From the IMG/VR virus record IMGVR_UViG_3300021197_001365, positions 1 to 64,000 of that record: DNA of 64,000 bases, one strand, 5' to 3'. This document shows positions 23,607 through 34,742 of the stretch, one piece after another (within the stretch, counting starts at the first letter, position 1; each line of letters opens with the position of its first letter). The notes under the pieces are model-generated. The model was not told the DNA's origin. It ran no database searches and saw nothing but the letters and a program-made list of their open reading frames with translations. A program made the position numbers and the translations under genes. The stretch comes from a virus.

Positions 23607-25877
23607 ATGACGAGCTCAAAGGTTGCTCTAATAGAAACCAAACCAAGTAGAACGAATTTCAAACAAGAATTTGATAGTGCTTTTGATTTTGACCAGTTTC
23701 AGCTTTGTTCAGATCCAAGTATTAAAAAAGTACTCAAGCGAGACTGTGACATTGATATTGATACAGACTTATATGATTGGGTCATTCTAGTAGGATCAGA
23801 CGCACTAAAGTACTTTACTAAAATTAATTCCGTAACAGAATATTCTGGAAAGAAGGTAGAAGAAAAGTTTCTGCCTGTAATCAATCCATCAATGCTTGCT
23901 TTCAAACCAGAAGCCCGCAGTACTTGGGAATCTTCAAAAGAAAACATCATTGCATATATTCGAGGAGAAATAGAAGAGGTCATTATAGATGATTCTATCG
24001 CCTTTGGTATTCAGGATACAGAGGAAGCTATTGCATTTCTCAAGAAAGCTATCAAACACCCCAGTACCTTTATCGCACTGGACTCAGAAACTACTGGACT
24101 CTACCCTCGGGACGGTCATATGCTGGGTATTAGCCTTTGCTATGACGGGGCTACTGGGGCTTATATTGATACTGAATGTTTTGATGACAGAGTTGAACAA
24201 CTATTGGCAGAGCTATGCCGTAAAAAGACAGTAGTATTTCATAACGCAAAGTTCGATATTGCATTTTTTGAATATCACTTTGGTATAGAATTTCCAAGTT
24301 TTGAAGATACTATGCTGCTTCATTACTTGATTGATGAGAACCCTGGCACACATGGATTGAAACAACTATCGCTAAAGTATAGTCCTTATGGAGATTATGA
24401 GAAGCCCATGTATGACTGGATTGATCAGTATAGAAAAGAGCGGGGCATATTAAAAGCAGAGTTTCAGTGGGGATCTATTCCTTTTGATGTAATGAAAACT
24501 TATGCTGCAATGGATGCAGTATGTACCTCAATAATTTATGAGAAGTTTGTTAAGATCAAGCAGAACAAGAAGTTGGCATGGGTGTACGATAACATTCTTA
24601 TCCCAGGTTGCCGCTTCTTAATTGATACACAAGATAATGGAGTGCCTTTTGATGCAGGACGACTACAAAAGTCTCAGTACCTTATGCAACACGACATTGA
24701 TAATGCTATCATTTCTCTGTATGAGAACCCAAAGATTCGTCAGTTTGAGAAGTCAAATGATGGAGAGTTTAATCCAAATAGCACTGTTCAGCTTCGTAAG
24801 TTACTATTCGATTATCTAGGGTTGAGACCAACGGGTAAGAAAACAGGAACAGGCGCAGACTCAACAGATGCAGAAGTACTTAAAGCATTGGAGTCACAAT
24901 CAGAGGTACCCGGACTTATTCTGGATATTCGACAAAAGTCAAAAATCAAGAACACTTACTTAGACAAGATTATTCCACAGCTAAATAAAGATAGTCGTTT
25001 AAGAACAAATTTCAATCTACATGGCACTACTTCCGGCAGGTTGTCCAGTAGTGGTAAGTTAAATATGCAGCAGTTGCCTCGTGATAATCCTATTGTAAAA
25101 GGATGTATTAAAGCAGCTCCAGGTCATAAGATTGTAGCAATGGACTTGACCACTGCAGAAGTATATGTTGCAGCAAAACTTGCAGAAGATAATGCTCTAA
25201 TGAATGTATTTCGTAGTGGTGGTAATTTTCACAGTACAATTGCAAAAACAGTTTTCAAATTATCCTGTGAAGTAGAAGAGGTAGCAGAGTTTTATGGAAC
25301 ACAAAGACAGGCTGCAAAAGCAGTAACATTTGGTATTATGTATGGCGCAGGGCCAAAGAAGATTAGTGAGCAAGTTACTAAGGATTCGGGTACGCACTTT
25401 AGCCAACAAGAGGCAAAAGAAGTTATTGATGACTATTTTGATTCCTTCCACAAACTAAGAAAGTGGATTGACAACAATCAAAAATTTATTGAAGCAAATG
25501 GATTTATTTATAGTTTCTTTGGCCGGAAAAGGAGGTTGCCTAATGTCAAATCGTCAGACGCAGGCATCAAGAGTCATAGCATTAGGTCTGGTCTTAATTT
25601 TTTGGTGCAGTCTGCTGCTAGTGATATCAACTTGCTCGGTGCCATAGATATGGGACAGTTCATCAAGAGCCAAAGAATGAAGGCAAGAATTTTTGCTTTA
25701 GTACATGACTCGATTTTGGCAGAGGTTCCAGAGGATGAGATTGAGTTCTATTCAGAAATGTTACAGAAGTTTATACAAATGGATAGAGGTATATCTATTC
25801 CAGGAGCTCCGGTGGGTTGTGATTTTGAAGTCGGAGAAGACTATTCAATGGGTAAATACGAGAAGTTTTATCTTTGA
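23607..25877 (+). CDS. polA: Family A DNA polymerase with 3'-5' exonuclease
   Basis: LDSETTGL, HNAKFD, TTSGRLSS, DLTTAEV, RQAAKAVTFGIMYG, LVHDS. Confidence 0.97.
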   Translation: MTSSKVALIETKPSRTNFKQEFDSAFDFDQFQLCSDPSIKKVLKRDCDIDIDTDLYDWVILVGSDALKYFTKINSVTEYSGKKVEEKFLPVINPSMLAFKPEARSTWESSKENIIAYIRGEIEEVIIDDSIAFGIQDTEEAIAFLKKAIKHPSTFIALDSETTGLYPRDGHMLGISLCYDGATGAYIDTECFDDRVEQLLAELCRKKTVVFHNAKFDIAFFEYHFGIEFPSFEDTMLLHYLIDENPGTHGLKQLSLKYSPYGDYEKPMYDWIDQYRKERGILKAEFQWGSIPFDVMKTYAAMDAVCTSIIYEKFVKIKQNKKLAWVYDNILIPGCRFLIDTQDNGVPFDAGRLQKSQYLMQHDIDNAIISLYENPKIRQFEKSNDGEFNPNSTVQLRKLLFDYLGLRPTGKKTGTGADSTDAEVLKALESQSEVPGLILDIRQKSKIKNTYLDKIIPQLNKDSRLRTNFNLHGTTSGRLSSSGKLNMQQLPRDNPIVKGCIKAAPGHKIVAMDLTTAEVYVAAKLAEDNALMNVFRSGGNFHSTIAKTVFKLSCEVEEVAEFYGTQRQAAKAVTFGIMYGAGPKKISEQVTKDSGTHFSQQEAKEVIDDYFDSFHKLRKWIDNNQKFIEANGFIYSFFGRKRRLPNVKSSDAGIKSHSIRSGLNFLVQSAASDINLLGAIDMGQFIKSQRMKARIFALVHDSILAEVPEDEIEFYSEMLQKFIQMDRGISIPGAPVGCDFEVGEDYSMGKYEKFYL

Positions 25878-26365
25878 TAGTAAACTACAATAATTTAACA
25901 AAAATAACATTTCCTGTCTACAAGATTCCCAATAGTAACTGGGAGCTTGTAGACGGGCTCTTATTTTTAGATAATGAAGTTTTAGATGACAGAAATCAAA
26001 AAGGAAAAACTCTTGGTATAAGGCGTGCACAAACTTCATTTGATTTATTTCCGTTGAAGCATTCAATAGCCAGTCTTACAGGTATTTTAAAGCAGAATGA
26101 CAAAACTTTTATAGACACAAAGGGTACTCCTTTTATCTATCAAAAAACAAGAAATTCTGCTTTAAAGTATTATAAGATAAGAAAAGTAGAGCAGAAAGGA
26201 GTAGTTTCCATATTGTGGCTAAAAGATATTAAGTCGCCATTTACAATTCCTCGTCCCCCGCCTTTGGGAATGACTTGGGCGGGTGTTTTACATATCGAAT
26301 CTTGGCCGTGGATTTTGTACTGCTATTCTAAAACGTATCAGAAACCTTCTAGAAGAAAAATATGA
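25874..26365 (+). CDS. Conserved T5-like hypothetical protein
   Basis: Coupled between pol and D10, as in T5. Confidence 0.7.
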   Translation: MIVNYNNLTKITFPVYKIPNSNWELVDGLLFLDNEVLDDRNQKGKTLGIRRAQTSFDLFPLKHSIASLTGILKQNDKTFIDTKGTPFIYQKTRNSALKYYKIRKVEQKGVVSILWLKDIKSPFTIPRPPPLGMTWAGVLHIESWPWILYCYSKTYQKPSRRKI

Positions 26366-27645
26366 AAGCAGTAATTAGTAATCGTATATATTTAGAATGC
26401 AATCGTGAGTTTAGAGAAGCGCTCTCTAAAGAACTTACATATAAAATTATGCCTAGAAATCCTAATGATCCTCCAATCATTATTAAAAATATGGCTCGAA
26501 TACGAGAAAACTTAGTAACTCTTCCAATAGGAAGAACGGATCTTATACCTAATCATTATGAAATTGTTGACAAGAGGACTCTGGTGCCTGTTGATTTTCC
26601 TGATTTTCGCTATGTACTCCGCGAATCTCAACAAGCCGTCTACGAAGAACTCGATGATAACTGTATCATCAATGCGTGGGTAAGTTGGGGAAAGACCTTT
26701 ACGGGACTAGCAATAGCTGGAAGGTTAGGACAAAAAACGTTAGTAGTCGTGCATACTGTACCATTACGAAACCAATGGGCAAAGGAAGTAGAGAAAGTCT
26801 ATGGCTTTACTCCTGGAATCATAGGAAGCGGTAAGTTTGATATTGAACCGCCTATTGTAATAGGAAATACACAGAGTCTTTATCGAAACATTCCAAAGAT
26901 TCAAAAACAATTTGGTACAATTATTCTTGATGAAATGCATCATGTAAGTAGCCCCACTTTTTCTAAAATTATCGACACAAACTATGCAAGATATAAGATA
27001 GGATTATCGGGCACTATTGAAAGAAAAGATGGTAAGCACGTAGTTTTTCGTGATTACTTTGGAAGTAAGATATTTAAACCGCCAAAAGAAAATTTTATGA
27101 CACCTAAAGTCCATATAATCAAATCAGATGTTCGTTTTATGGATGGAGCTAGAATACCTTGGGCAAATAGAGTAACAAGTCTTGCAAATGATGAGGAGTA
27201 TAAACATATGATTTCTATGTTATCTTCTTTTTATGCTGCAAAAGGACACAAAGTGTTAGTAGTTTCAGATCGAGTTAGCTTTTTAAAAAACTGCTCTGCC
27301 TTAGTTGGAGAAACTGCAATTTGTGTAACAGGAGAAGTACCCCATGAAGAACGTGAAACCCTTCTTGATGAAATTAACTACGGAAATAAAAACATACTGT
27401 TTGGTACTCAAGCGATATTTAGTGAAGGAATTTCAGTCAATTCCCTCTCTGTGCTTATACTCGGTACCCCTATCAACAACGAACCCCTTCTCACCCAGCT
27501 CATCGGAAGAGTTATCCGAGAGCAAGAAGGAAAACCCACCCCTGTAATAATAGATATTCACTTAAAAGGAAATACTGCTCGAAAGCAGGCTTCAAATAGA
27601 ATGGGTTACTATATAAAGCAGGGTTGGAAAATAACTCAAACATAG
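26362..27645 (+). CDS. SF2 helicase (T5 D10/UvsW-like)
   Basis: WGKT, DEMHH, GLSGT, QLIGRVIR. Confidence 0.92.
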   Translation: MKAVISNRIYLECNREFREALSKELTYKIMPRNPNDPPIIIKNMARIRENLVTLPIGRTDLIPNHYEIVDKRTLVPVDFPDFRYVLRESQQAVYEELDDNCIINAWVSWGKTFTGLAIAGRLGQKTLVVVHTVPLRNQWAKEVEKVYGFTPGIIGSGKFDIEPPIVIGNTQSLYRNIPKIQKQFGTIILDEMHHVSSPTFSKIIDTNYARYKIGLSGTIERKDGKHVVFRDYFGSKIFKPPKENFMTPKVHIIKSDVRFMDGARIPWANRVTSLANDEEYKHMISMLSSFYAAKGHKVLVVSDRVSFLKNCSALVGETAICVTGEVPHEERETLLDEINYGNKNILFGTQAIFSEGISVNSLSVLILGTPINNEPLLTQLIGRVIREQEGKPTPVIIDIHLKGNTARKQASNRMGYYIKQGWKITQT

Positions 27646-27687
27646 AAAAATAGTTCTTGACAATAACCTTAATTTTTAGTATAATAT

Positions 27688-28098
27688 ATGCTTCTATATG
27701 ACTGGCAAAAAATCTTTACCGCAGCATCGGGTAAACCAAGTACAATCTTCTTAATCTTTGAGATGCTTGTAAAAAAGTCTATACCGGAAAATAGGTTTGA
27801 TCCTACTTACCGTTTTTCTGACTTAAACTTTACAGGTGATTCGTTCTTGGCACATCCCGATGTTCTTTTGTATAATTCATTTAGACACCCTCGTCGTGAT
27901 GTTGCTCTGTACTTGGCCTTGGCTAGTATGAGGTCTTTAGCAGAGTTTCTTATCAACGACAAAACAACGCTAGATCTCTTGGAATGTCCACTAGATCCTT
28001 TTGAACACTTAGAAGATGATAGGCTACTTTATATCGAAGATAATGAAATACATTTTTTATATGAAGAAGTCCCAAAGGAGAAAACACAATGGCATTAA
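27688..28098 (+). CDS. Hypothetical T5-like protein
   Basis: Syntenic between D10 and D11. Confidence 0.7.
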   Translation: MLLYDWQKIFTAASGKPSTIFLIFEMLVKKSIPENRFDPTYRFSDLNFTGDSFLAHPDVLLYNSFRHPRRDVALYLALASMRSLAEFLINDKTTLDLLECPLDPFEHLEDDRLLYIEDNEIHFLYEEVPKEKTQWH

Positions 28099-28718
28099 GC
28101 TTTAACAAGTCAAAGGGCGCTGCCCAAAAATCTAACATCACCACTTTTGGTTATCAAGATGGTGATAACTCAGTACGTCTCGTAGGCGATATTCTTGCTC
28201 GATATGTATACTGGGTTACAGGCGAAAACGATAAGAATATTCCTCTGGAGTGTATGTCGTTTGATCGTAATGAAGAGCGGTTCAACAACAAAGAAAAAGA
28301 TTGGGTTCGTGAGTACTACCCCGATCTAAAGTGTGGCTGGAGCTACGCAATGCAATGCATTCACAACGGTGAAGTCAAAGTAATCAATCTAAAGAAGAAG
28401 CTGTGGGAGCAAATTCTTACTGCTGCAGAGGATCTTGGAGATCCTACTGATTCTGAGACTGGTTGGGATGTTAAGTTCAAGCGAGTTAAGACCGGCCCAC
28501 TGGCTTATAATGTAGAGTATCAGCTTCAAGTATTGAAGTGCAAGCCCCGTGCTCTGACTGATGAGGAAGCGGAACTTGTAGCATCTTTGAAGTCTATGGA
28601 TGATGTTATGCCTCGTCCTACTCCGGATGCTCAAAAAGAGCTGTTGGATCGTATTCGACAGCCCGCAACAAATGAAATTGATGAAGAAGCACTTGATGCG
28701 GAGTTTGCTATTTCATGA
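28089..28718 (+). CDS. T5 D11-like ssDNA-binding protein
   Basis: VRLVGDILARYVYW..DLGDPTD..GPLAYNVEY; acidic tail. Confidence 0.85.
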   Translation: MALSFNKSKGAAQKSNITTFGYQDGDNSVRLVGDILARYVYWVTGENDKNIPLECMSFDRNEERFNNKEKDWVREYYPDLKCGWSYAMQCIHNGEVKVINLKKKLWEQILTAAEDLGDPTDSETGWDVKFKRVKTGPLAYNVEYQLQVLKCKPRALTDEEAELVASLKSMDDVMPRPTPDAQKELLDRIRQPATNEIDEEALDAEFAIS

Positions 28719-29674
28719 TCCTTTTTACGGCAGACTGGCACTTAAAGCTAGGTCAGAAAAATGTTCCACGCGAGTGGGCACTCAACCGTTATAAATTATT
28801 TTTTGAGCAGATTCATTCTCTCGAAAAGCAATGCAATATGCATATTATAGGTGGAGACCTTTTTGACCGTCTGCCGAACATGGAAGAACTGGAACTGTAC
28901 TTTTCGTTTATTCGGAAAGTACAGATTCCGACTCTTATCTATGATGGCAATCATGAAGCTACAAAGAAGAACAAAACATTTTTTACTCAGCTAAAGCAAG
29001 TGAGTAGAGATATTAACCCTTTAGTACAAATAGTGGATATTTCGTATCATGATTCCGATTTTGGTTTTGGTGTTCTTCCTTACGCCGACTTACATAGAAA
29101 AGGAAGCATTGAGAAGTTTGTACAAACAGAACCACTCTTTACTCATGTACGAGGGGAGATACCTCCGCACGTCAAGCCAGAGGTGGACTTAGACAGATTT
29201 GAGGATTTTCCAATCGTCTTTGCAGGCGATTTACACGCACATAGTAATACACAAAAAAATATTGTATACCCTGGCTCGCCTATGACTACTTCTTTTCATA
29301 GAACAGAAGTAAAGACAGGCTGTATCTTGATTAATCCAAATGATTGGTCATGGATATGGGAACCGTTTGATCTACCACAGTTACTTCGTAAAACTGTATC
29401 TGATCCAGCTGAAATGATTCCTACAGACTTTCATCATACAATCTATGAGATAGAAGGAGATATTCAGGATCTAGCCGCTATTAAGAATAGTGAGCTGTTA
29501 GATAAAAAAGTTGTAAAGCGTAGTAGTGAAGCAACTTTAGTAATAGAAAAAGATATGAGCATCCAAGAAGAGTTGGCAGAATATCTTGCATACATCTTGG
29601 AATTAGAAGAAGATAAAATACAAAGTATAGTAGGTACTTTTAATGATTACGCTCAAAAAGTTGCAGTGGGATAA
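28715..29674 (+). CDS. SbcD/Mre11-like nuclease (T5 D12)
   Basis: ADWH, GGDLFD, GNHE, GDLH, YPGS. Confidence 0.92.
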   Translation: MILFTADWHLKLGQKNVPREWALNRYKLFFEQIHSLEKQCNMHIIGGDLFDRLPNMEELELYFSFIRKVQIPTLIYDGNHEATKKNKTFFTQLKQVSRDINPLVQIVDISYHDSDFGFGVLPYADLHRKGSIEKFVQTEPLFTHVRGEIPPHVKPEVDLDRFEDFPIVFAGDLHAHSNTQKNIVYPGSPMTTSFHRTEVKTGCILINPNDWSWIWEPFDLPQLLRKTVSDPAEMIPTDFHHTIYEIEGDIQDLAAIKNSELLDKKVVKRSSEATLVIEKDMSIQEELAEYLAYILELEEDKIQSIVGTFNDYAQKVAVG

Positions 29675-31439
29675 TTGTTTTAGCTATGGCTCTAACAATA
29701 TATTAGACCTACAAGAAAATACAGTAACTCAAATTATTGGCACTAACGGTATGGGGAAGTCCTCTATACCGTTAATTATTGAGGAAGCCTTATTTAATAA
29801 AAACTCAAAAGGTATTAAAAAGGCAGACATTCCGAATCGTTATGTAAACAATGGCTATCACATCTATTTGGAATTTTCCAAAGATACGGATGAGTATAGT
29901 ATCGAAATTGATAGAAAGTCAAGTATAAAAGTCAAGCTAGTAGAAAATGGAGACGATATTTCTAGTCATACAGCTACAAACACTTTTAAAACAATTCAAG
30001 ATATTCTTGGTGTTGATTTCAAAACTTTCTCTCAACTAGTCTATCAAAATACAAATGCCAGTCTACAGTTTCTTACGGCTACTGACACGACTCGTAAAAA
30101 GTTTTTGATTGACTTACTACACCTGGAAGAGTATGTAGAACTATTTGAAGTATTTAAAAATACCTCAAGAGAGCTTTCAAATGAAATTGCAGGGATTCGA
30201 TCAAAGATAGCAACAGTAGAAAAATGGTTGACAGATAATAAATTAGAGGATACAACCATACTGCCAATGTTAAAAATTGAAAATGATACGGCAGAACTTG
30301 AGAAGGATTTCCGTTCTTTAACGATGGGAATTGAAAATATTTCCGAAAAAAATAAAAAAATCTCAAAAAATAATCAGTACATAAAGCTGTTGAAAGATAT
30401 TGATATTGATAAAGTTCAGAATATCGAAATTAATGAAAAACAATCCTATGATGGCTTACAAGCAGACTTAGGAACCTTAAACGGGGTCGTAACGGGGTCA
30501 CGAAAACTTATTAAAAAGTTGCACGACTTAGAAGATAAATGCCCAACTTGTGAGCAAACAGTTCCAGAAACTTTTAAACAAACACTGATTGCGGAAGAGA
30601 CGGGTAAGATTTCTTACGCACAGGAGAAAATGAGTGACATTACAACAAGAATTGAACAAATTAAGCGACAAAATGAGCAGTTTGAATACAAAACAAAAAT
30701 GCAGCGAGATTGGGAAGACCTCTACCGAAGTGTTGACCGAACTCTCCCAGTGGCCCTCGTGGATAAAGGAGAGCTCGAAAGGCGCTTGGAGAGAGTACGA
30801 GCTGACTTGGTTTCGGTGCAAGAGTGTATATCGAGCACGGCAAAGGAAAATGAAAGACGAACTCGACAGAACACACGCATCCAAGTAATTCAAGAGCAAA
30901 CAGACGAATTTATCAATCAATTAAATGAAGCAGAGAGTAGCCTTTCTAATTTAGATTCTTTGTACTCGAACTTAGAAGTGCTGAAAAAAGCATTTAGTAC
31001 AAATGGCCTCATTGCATACAAGATTGAAAATCTAGTCAAAGAGCTCGAAGAGCTTGTAAATACATACTTAGCGGAGCTATCAGATGGGCGATTCACTTTG
31101 GAGTTTGTTGTGTCAAACGATAAACTCAACGTTCAGATCACTGATAATGGCAACATTGTGGATATCCTTGCTCTTTCTTCTGGCGAGCTTGCTAGGGTAA
31201 ATACAGCTACTCTTATAGCTATTCGTAAACTTATGAGTAGCATATCGAAGTCCAGAATAAATATACTCTTTCTGGACGAAGTTATAAACGTACTCGACGA
31301 AACAGGTAGAGAAAAGCTGGTAGAAGTTTTACTTGAAGAAGACAACTTAAATACTTATGTAGTAAGTCATGGTTGGACTCATCCTCTTCTTGAAAAAATC
31401 GAAGTCGTTAAGCGAGAAAATGTGAGCGCACTAGAATGA
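29643..31439 (+). CDS. SbcC/Rad50-like ATPase (T5 D13)
   Basis: GTNGMGKS, CPTC hook, LSSGE, LFLDE. Confidence 0.94.
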   Translation: MITLKKLQWDNCFSYGSNNILDLQENTVTQIIGTNGMGKSSIPLIIEEALFNKNSKGIKKADIPNRYVNNGYHIYLEFSKDTDEYSIEIDRKSSIKVKLVENGDDISSHTATNTFKTIQDILGVDFKTFSQLVYQNTNASLQFLTATDTTRKKFLIDLLHLEEYVELFEVFKNTSRELSNEIAGIRSKIATVEKWLTDNKLEDTTILPMLKIENDTAELEKDFRSLTMGIENISEKNKKISKNNQYIKLLKDIDIDKVQNIEINEKQSYDGLQADLGTLNGVVTGSRKLIKKLHDLEDKCPTCEQTVPETFKQTLIAEETGKISYAQEKMSDITTRIEQIKRQNEQFEYKTKMQRDWEDLYRSVDRTLPVALVDKGELERRLERVRADLVSVQECISSTAKENERRTRQNTRIQVIQEQTDEFINQLNEAESSLSNLDSLYSNLEVLKKAFSTNGLIAYKIENLVKELEELVNTYLAELSDGRFTLEFVVSNDKLNVQITDNGNIVDILALSSGELARVNTATLIAIRKLMSSISKSRINILFLDEVINVLDETGREKLVEVLLEEDNLNTYVVSHGWTHPLLEKIEVVKRENVSALE

Positions 31440-31496
31440 GTCGACAGTCTTCAGCTAGAAGAACATGGTTACTATCAAAACAAAAGGAAGAAGAAA

Positions 31497-31703
31497 ATGA
31501 AAACACTGATACTGGAAGCCCTCCAGGCGAAGTACTTCGGGAAGATCAAGGAAGCTCAAGCAAACATCGAGATATATCTGGAAAACCCAGTTGGTATTGG
31601 AGAGCATCCCGAAATACTCGACGCCATTGATACACAAGTAGCAAAGCTCGCAGAAGCCCAAGAAAAGTTTGACGTATTAAAAGAGTTTACCGATGGTGGA
31701 TAG
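31497..31703 (+). CDS. Small phage hypothetical protein
   Basis: NPVGIGEHP motif; helical. Confidence 0.7.
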   Translation: MKTLILEALQAKYFGKIKEAQANIEIYLENPVGIGEHPEILDAIDTQVAKLAEAQEKFDVLKEFTDGG

Positions 31704-32142
31704 TAGAGCAAAAGGTGCGCGGGGTGAGTATTTAGTACGAGATATGTTAAGAGAGTCGACAGGGCTTCAGTTTGAAAGAGTCCCTGCTTCTGGGGCGCTA
31801 GAGTATTTGAAAGGAGACTTATATGTGCCTCACGAAAAAAACAGATTTTGTATCGAAGTAAAAAACTATTCAGAGTCGCCTCTCAATGATAAAATTTTCA
31901 CAGCAAAAAAGACAAATAATCTTATACGCTGGTGGAACAAAGTAAAGCAGCAGGCAGAGCAAGGGAATCAAGAACCACTACTATTTTTTAAATATAATAG
32001 ATCACCAGTATTTGTAGTATTTGAGGACACGCCCCAAGCAGCTACAGATCGTTGGATTCGTATAGAGTGGTTAAATTGTTTTGTAATGCTTGCAGAAGAA
32101 TGGCTAGAAAAAGAAGAGCCGAGGTTTTTAAATGGCATTTAG
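31693..32142 (+). CDS. Holliday-junction resolvase-like protein (T5 D14)
   Basis: SRAKGARGE..SGA..GD..IEVKN (PD-(D/E)xK). Confidence 0.88.
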   Translation: MVDSRAKGARGEYLVRDMLRESTGLQFERVPASGALEYLKGDLYVPHEKNRFCIEVKNYSESPLNDKIFTAKKTNNLIRWWNKVKQQAEQGNQEPLLFFKYNRSPVFVVFEDTPQAATDRWIRIEWLNCFVMLAEEWLEKEEPRFLNGI

Positions 32143-32968
32143 TTTTGAAGAAAAGTTTAATGTAGAAAATGGCACCCTAATTGTAGATGCACTCAATCTT
32201 GCTTTTAGATGGAAGCATCAAGGACGTACTGACTTTCGATACGAATATGACAGTACAGTAAAAAGCTTAAGGAAATCTTATGAATGTGAACGAGTCATAT
32301 TGGCAGCAGACTGGGGCTCTTCTACCTACCGTAAGGAGATCCACCCAGCGTATAAACAAAATAGAAAAGACAAGTTCGCTGAACAATCAGAGGAAGAAAG
32401 AATCGCTTTCGAAGAGTTCTTCGAAGAGTACGAAGCATCCCTCGAAGTCGTGGGAGATAACTTCCAGGTACTTAGATATAAGGGTGTAGAAGCAGACGAT
32501 ATTGCTGCACATTTAGTAAAACAAAAAGAAAAGTACGAATTAGGTAGTATTTGGTTAGTATCTAGTGATAGAGACTGGGATCTACTGATTCAAGAGGATG
32601 TAAGCAGATTTTCTTATGTGACGAGGAAGGAAGTCACGCTAGAAAATTGGAATACTCACTATGAATGTTCTCCAGAGGAATATATTTCTTTAAAATGCCT
32701 CACAGGAGACAAAGGTGACAATGTTCCGGGCATACCTGGAATTGGCCCCAAACGAGCTGTACAGTTAATAAAAGAATACGGAAATGCTTTTAGTATTTAT
32801 GAAGCCGCCCCTATTCCTAGTAAATACAAATTCATTCAGTCTTTAAATGAGAATGCAGAACAGATTTTACAAAACTATGAGCTTATGGATTTAATGACTT
32901 TTTGCGATGATGCAATAGGCACTGATAATTTATCAGACATTGAAAGGAGAATGACAAGTGTCATTTAA
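32132..32968 (+). CDS. 5'-3' flap endonuclease (T5 D15)
   Basis: IVDALNLAFR, YKQNR, GVEADD, DRDW, GDKGDNVPGIPGIGPKRA. Confidence 0.95.
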   Translation: MAFSFEEKFNVENGTLIVDALNLAFRWKHQGRTDFRYEYDSTVKSLRKSYECERVILAADWGSSTYRKEIHPAYKQNRKDKFAEQSEEERIAFEEFFEEYEASLEVVGDNFQVLRYKGVEADDIAAHLVKQKEKYELGSIWLVSSDRDWDLLIQEDVSRFSYVTRKEVTLENWNTHYECSPEEYISLKCLTGDKGDNVPGIPGIGPKRAVQLIKEYGNAFSIYEAAPIPSKYKFIQSLNENAEQILQNYELMDLMTFCDDAIGTDNLSDIERRMTSVI

Positions 32969-34739
32969 TGTAACAGTAGATTATCGACGAGACAGATATC
33001 TGTCGGAGTTTAGCAAGAAAACTCTTGAAGATCGGTACATGATTGACGGGGAAGTATCTCCCCAAGACGCTTTTGCACGAGCGGCAAAAGCCTTTGCAAA
33101 TGATGAGGAACATGCTCAAAGACTATACGACTATGCTAGTAAACTCTGGTTTATGTTTAGTACTCCTATACTATCTAATGGTGGAACCACCCGCGGCCTT
33201 CCTATTAGCTGCTTTCTTAATTTCGTGGAAGACAGTCGAGAAGGGATTACAAATCACTACACAGAAAATGCTTTTCTCAGTAGCGTTGGTGGTGGTGTTG
33301 GTGGCTGCTGGAATAGCATACGAAGCGTAGGTAGTAAGACATCTAACGGTTCTGAAAGTACTGGCGTAATTCCTTTTATGAAAGTTGTAGACGCTGAGAT
33401 GCTTGCATTCTCTCAAGGCGTCACTCGACGAGGTAGCTATGCAGCGTACCTCGATATGTCTCACCCTGAAATTGAGGAGTTTTTAGATGTTCGCAAACCT
33501 ACTGGAGGGGATATTAACCGCAAATCTACTAATCTTCATCACGGAGTGGTTGTTTCAGATCACTTTATGGCCCTTATAGAAGGTGCCACCAGGGAAGAGG
33601 GTTTTGATGATTCCTGGGATTTGAAGGATCCTAATTCTGGTAGAGTTGTAAAGACTGTATCCGCAAAAACACTTTGGGTAAAACTTATTCAGAATCGTGT
33701 AGAAACTGGTGAGCCTTATATTATGTTTGGTGATACAGTGCAGAATGGATTGCCTGAGTGTCAGAAAGAGAAAGGATTAAAAGTAAATCATTCAAATTTG
33801 TGTAGCGAGATTACTCTTGCCACAGATGAAGATCGTACCGCAGTATGTTGTCTTTCAAGCGTAAATCTAGAAGAGTTTGATGAGTGGCAACACGATCCGA
33901 ATTTTATTCCGGATTTAGTAAATATGTTAGATAATGTGCTTAGTTACTTTATTGAGAACGCTCCGAGAGAGTTATGGAGAGCTGCATATAGTGCAATGCA
34001 AGAAAGAAGTATTGGTCTAGGTGCAATGGGGTTTCATGCATACCTTCAAAGACATCATATGCCTTTTGAGGGTGTAATGGCAAAGAGTGCAAACATGAGA
34101 ATGTTTCGGCATATAAAATCGGAGGCAGAAAATGCAACTCGTAAACTTGCTGAAGAACGCGGTGAAGCTCCTGATGCTGTCGGCTATGGAGTTCGTAATG
34201 TGCATCTCTTGGCTGTTGCTCCTAATGCTAGCTCTAGCATTATATGCGGTAATACTAGTCCCAGTATTGAGCCTTATCGGGCTAATGCATTTACTCAAAA
34301 AACTAAGTCAGGCTCTAGTTTACAAAAGAATGAGTACTTAGAGCATATTTTGCAGGAGCTAGGAGAGGATAATGATGAAGTATGGAAAGGAATTATTACG
34401 AACGGCGGCTCAATACAGCATTTGGACTTTTTGGATGATTGGACGAAAGACGTATTCAAAACCGCAGTTGAAATTGACCAAAGATGGGTTATTGATCTTG
34501 CAGCCGATAGACAAGAATATATCTGTCAAAGTCAATCCCTAAATGTCTTTTTTCCTGCAAATGTGTCAAAGCAAGAGCTTCATGCCATTCATATGATGGC
34601 TTGGAAAAAGAAAGTAAAAACTCTGTACTATTTGCGTAGTGAAGCGTATAAAAGGGCAGAAAATGTATCGGACGAAGCACTTCGTCAGTATATCTTCGAT
34701 AGTATAGAAGAAGACGCGTGTTTAGCGTGTGAAGGATAA
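32958..34739 (+). CDS. nrdA: Class Ia ribonucleotide reductase alpha subunit (no ATP cone)
   Basis: PISCF, SNLCSEI, VCCLSS, APNASSS, TLYY, C-terminal CLACEG. Confidence 0.96.
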   Translation: MSFNVTVDYRRDRYLSEFSKKTLEDRYMIDGEVSPQDAFARAAKAFANDEEHAQRLYDYASKLWFMFSTPILSNGGTTRGLPISCFLNFVEDSREGITNHYTENAFLSSVGGGVGGCWNSIRSVGSKTSNGSESTGVIPFMKVVDAEMLAFSQGVTRRGSYAAYLDMSHPEIEEFLDVRKPTGGDINRKSTNLHHGVVVSDHFMALIEGATREEGFDDSWDLKDPNSGRVVKTVSAKTLWVKLIQNRVETGEPYIMFGDTVQNGLPECQKEKGLKVNHSNLCSEITLATDEDRTAVCCLSSVNLEEFDEWQHDPNFIPDLVNMLDNVLSYFIENAPRELWRAAYSAMQERSIGLGAMGFHAYLQRHHMPFEGVMAKSANMRMFRHIKSEAENATRKLAEERGEAPDAVGYGVRNVHLLAVAPNASSSIICGNTSPSIEPYRANAFTQKTKSGSSLQKNEYLEHILQELGEDNDEVWKGIITNGGSIQHLDFLDDWTKDVFKTAVEIDQRWVIDLAADRQEYICQSQSLNVFFPANVSKQELHAIHMMAWKKKVKTLYYLRSEAYKRAENVSDEALRQYIFDSIEEDACLACEG

Positions 34740-34742
34740 ATA

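Noticed and set aside
23607-23990. Novel N-terminal domain on PolA
   Set aside because: It resembles the degenerate UDG-like N-terminus I recall from T5-type polymerases; no catalytic motifs are evident.
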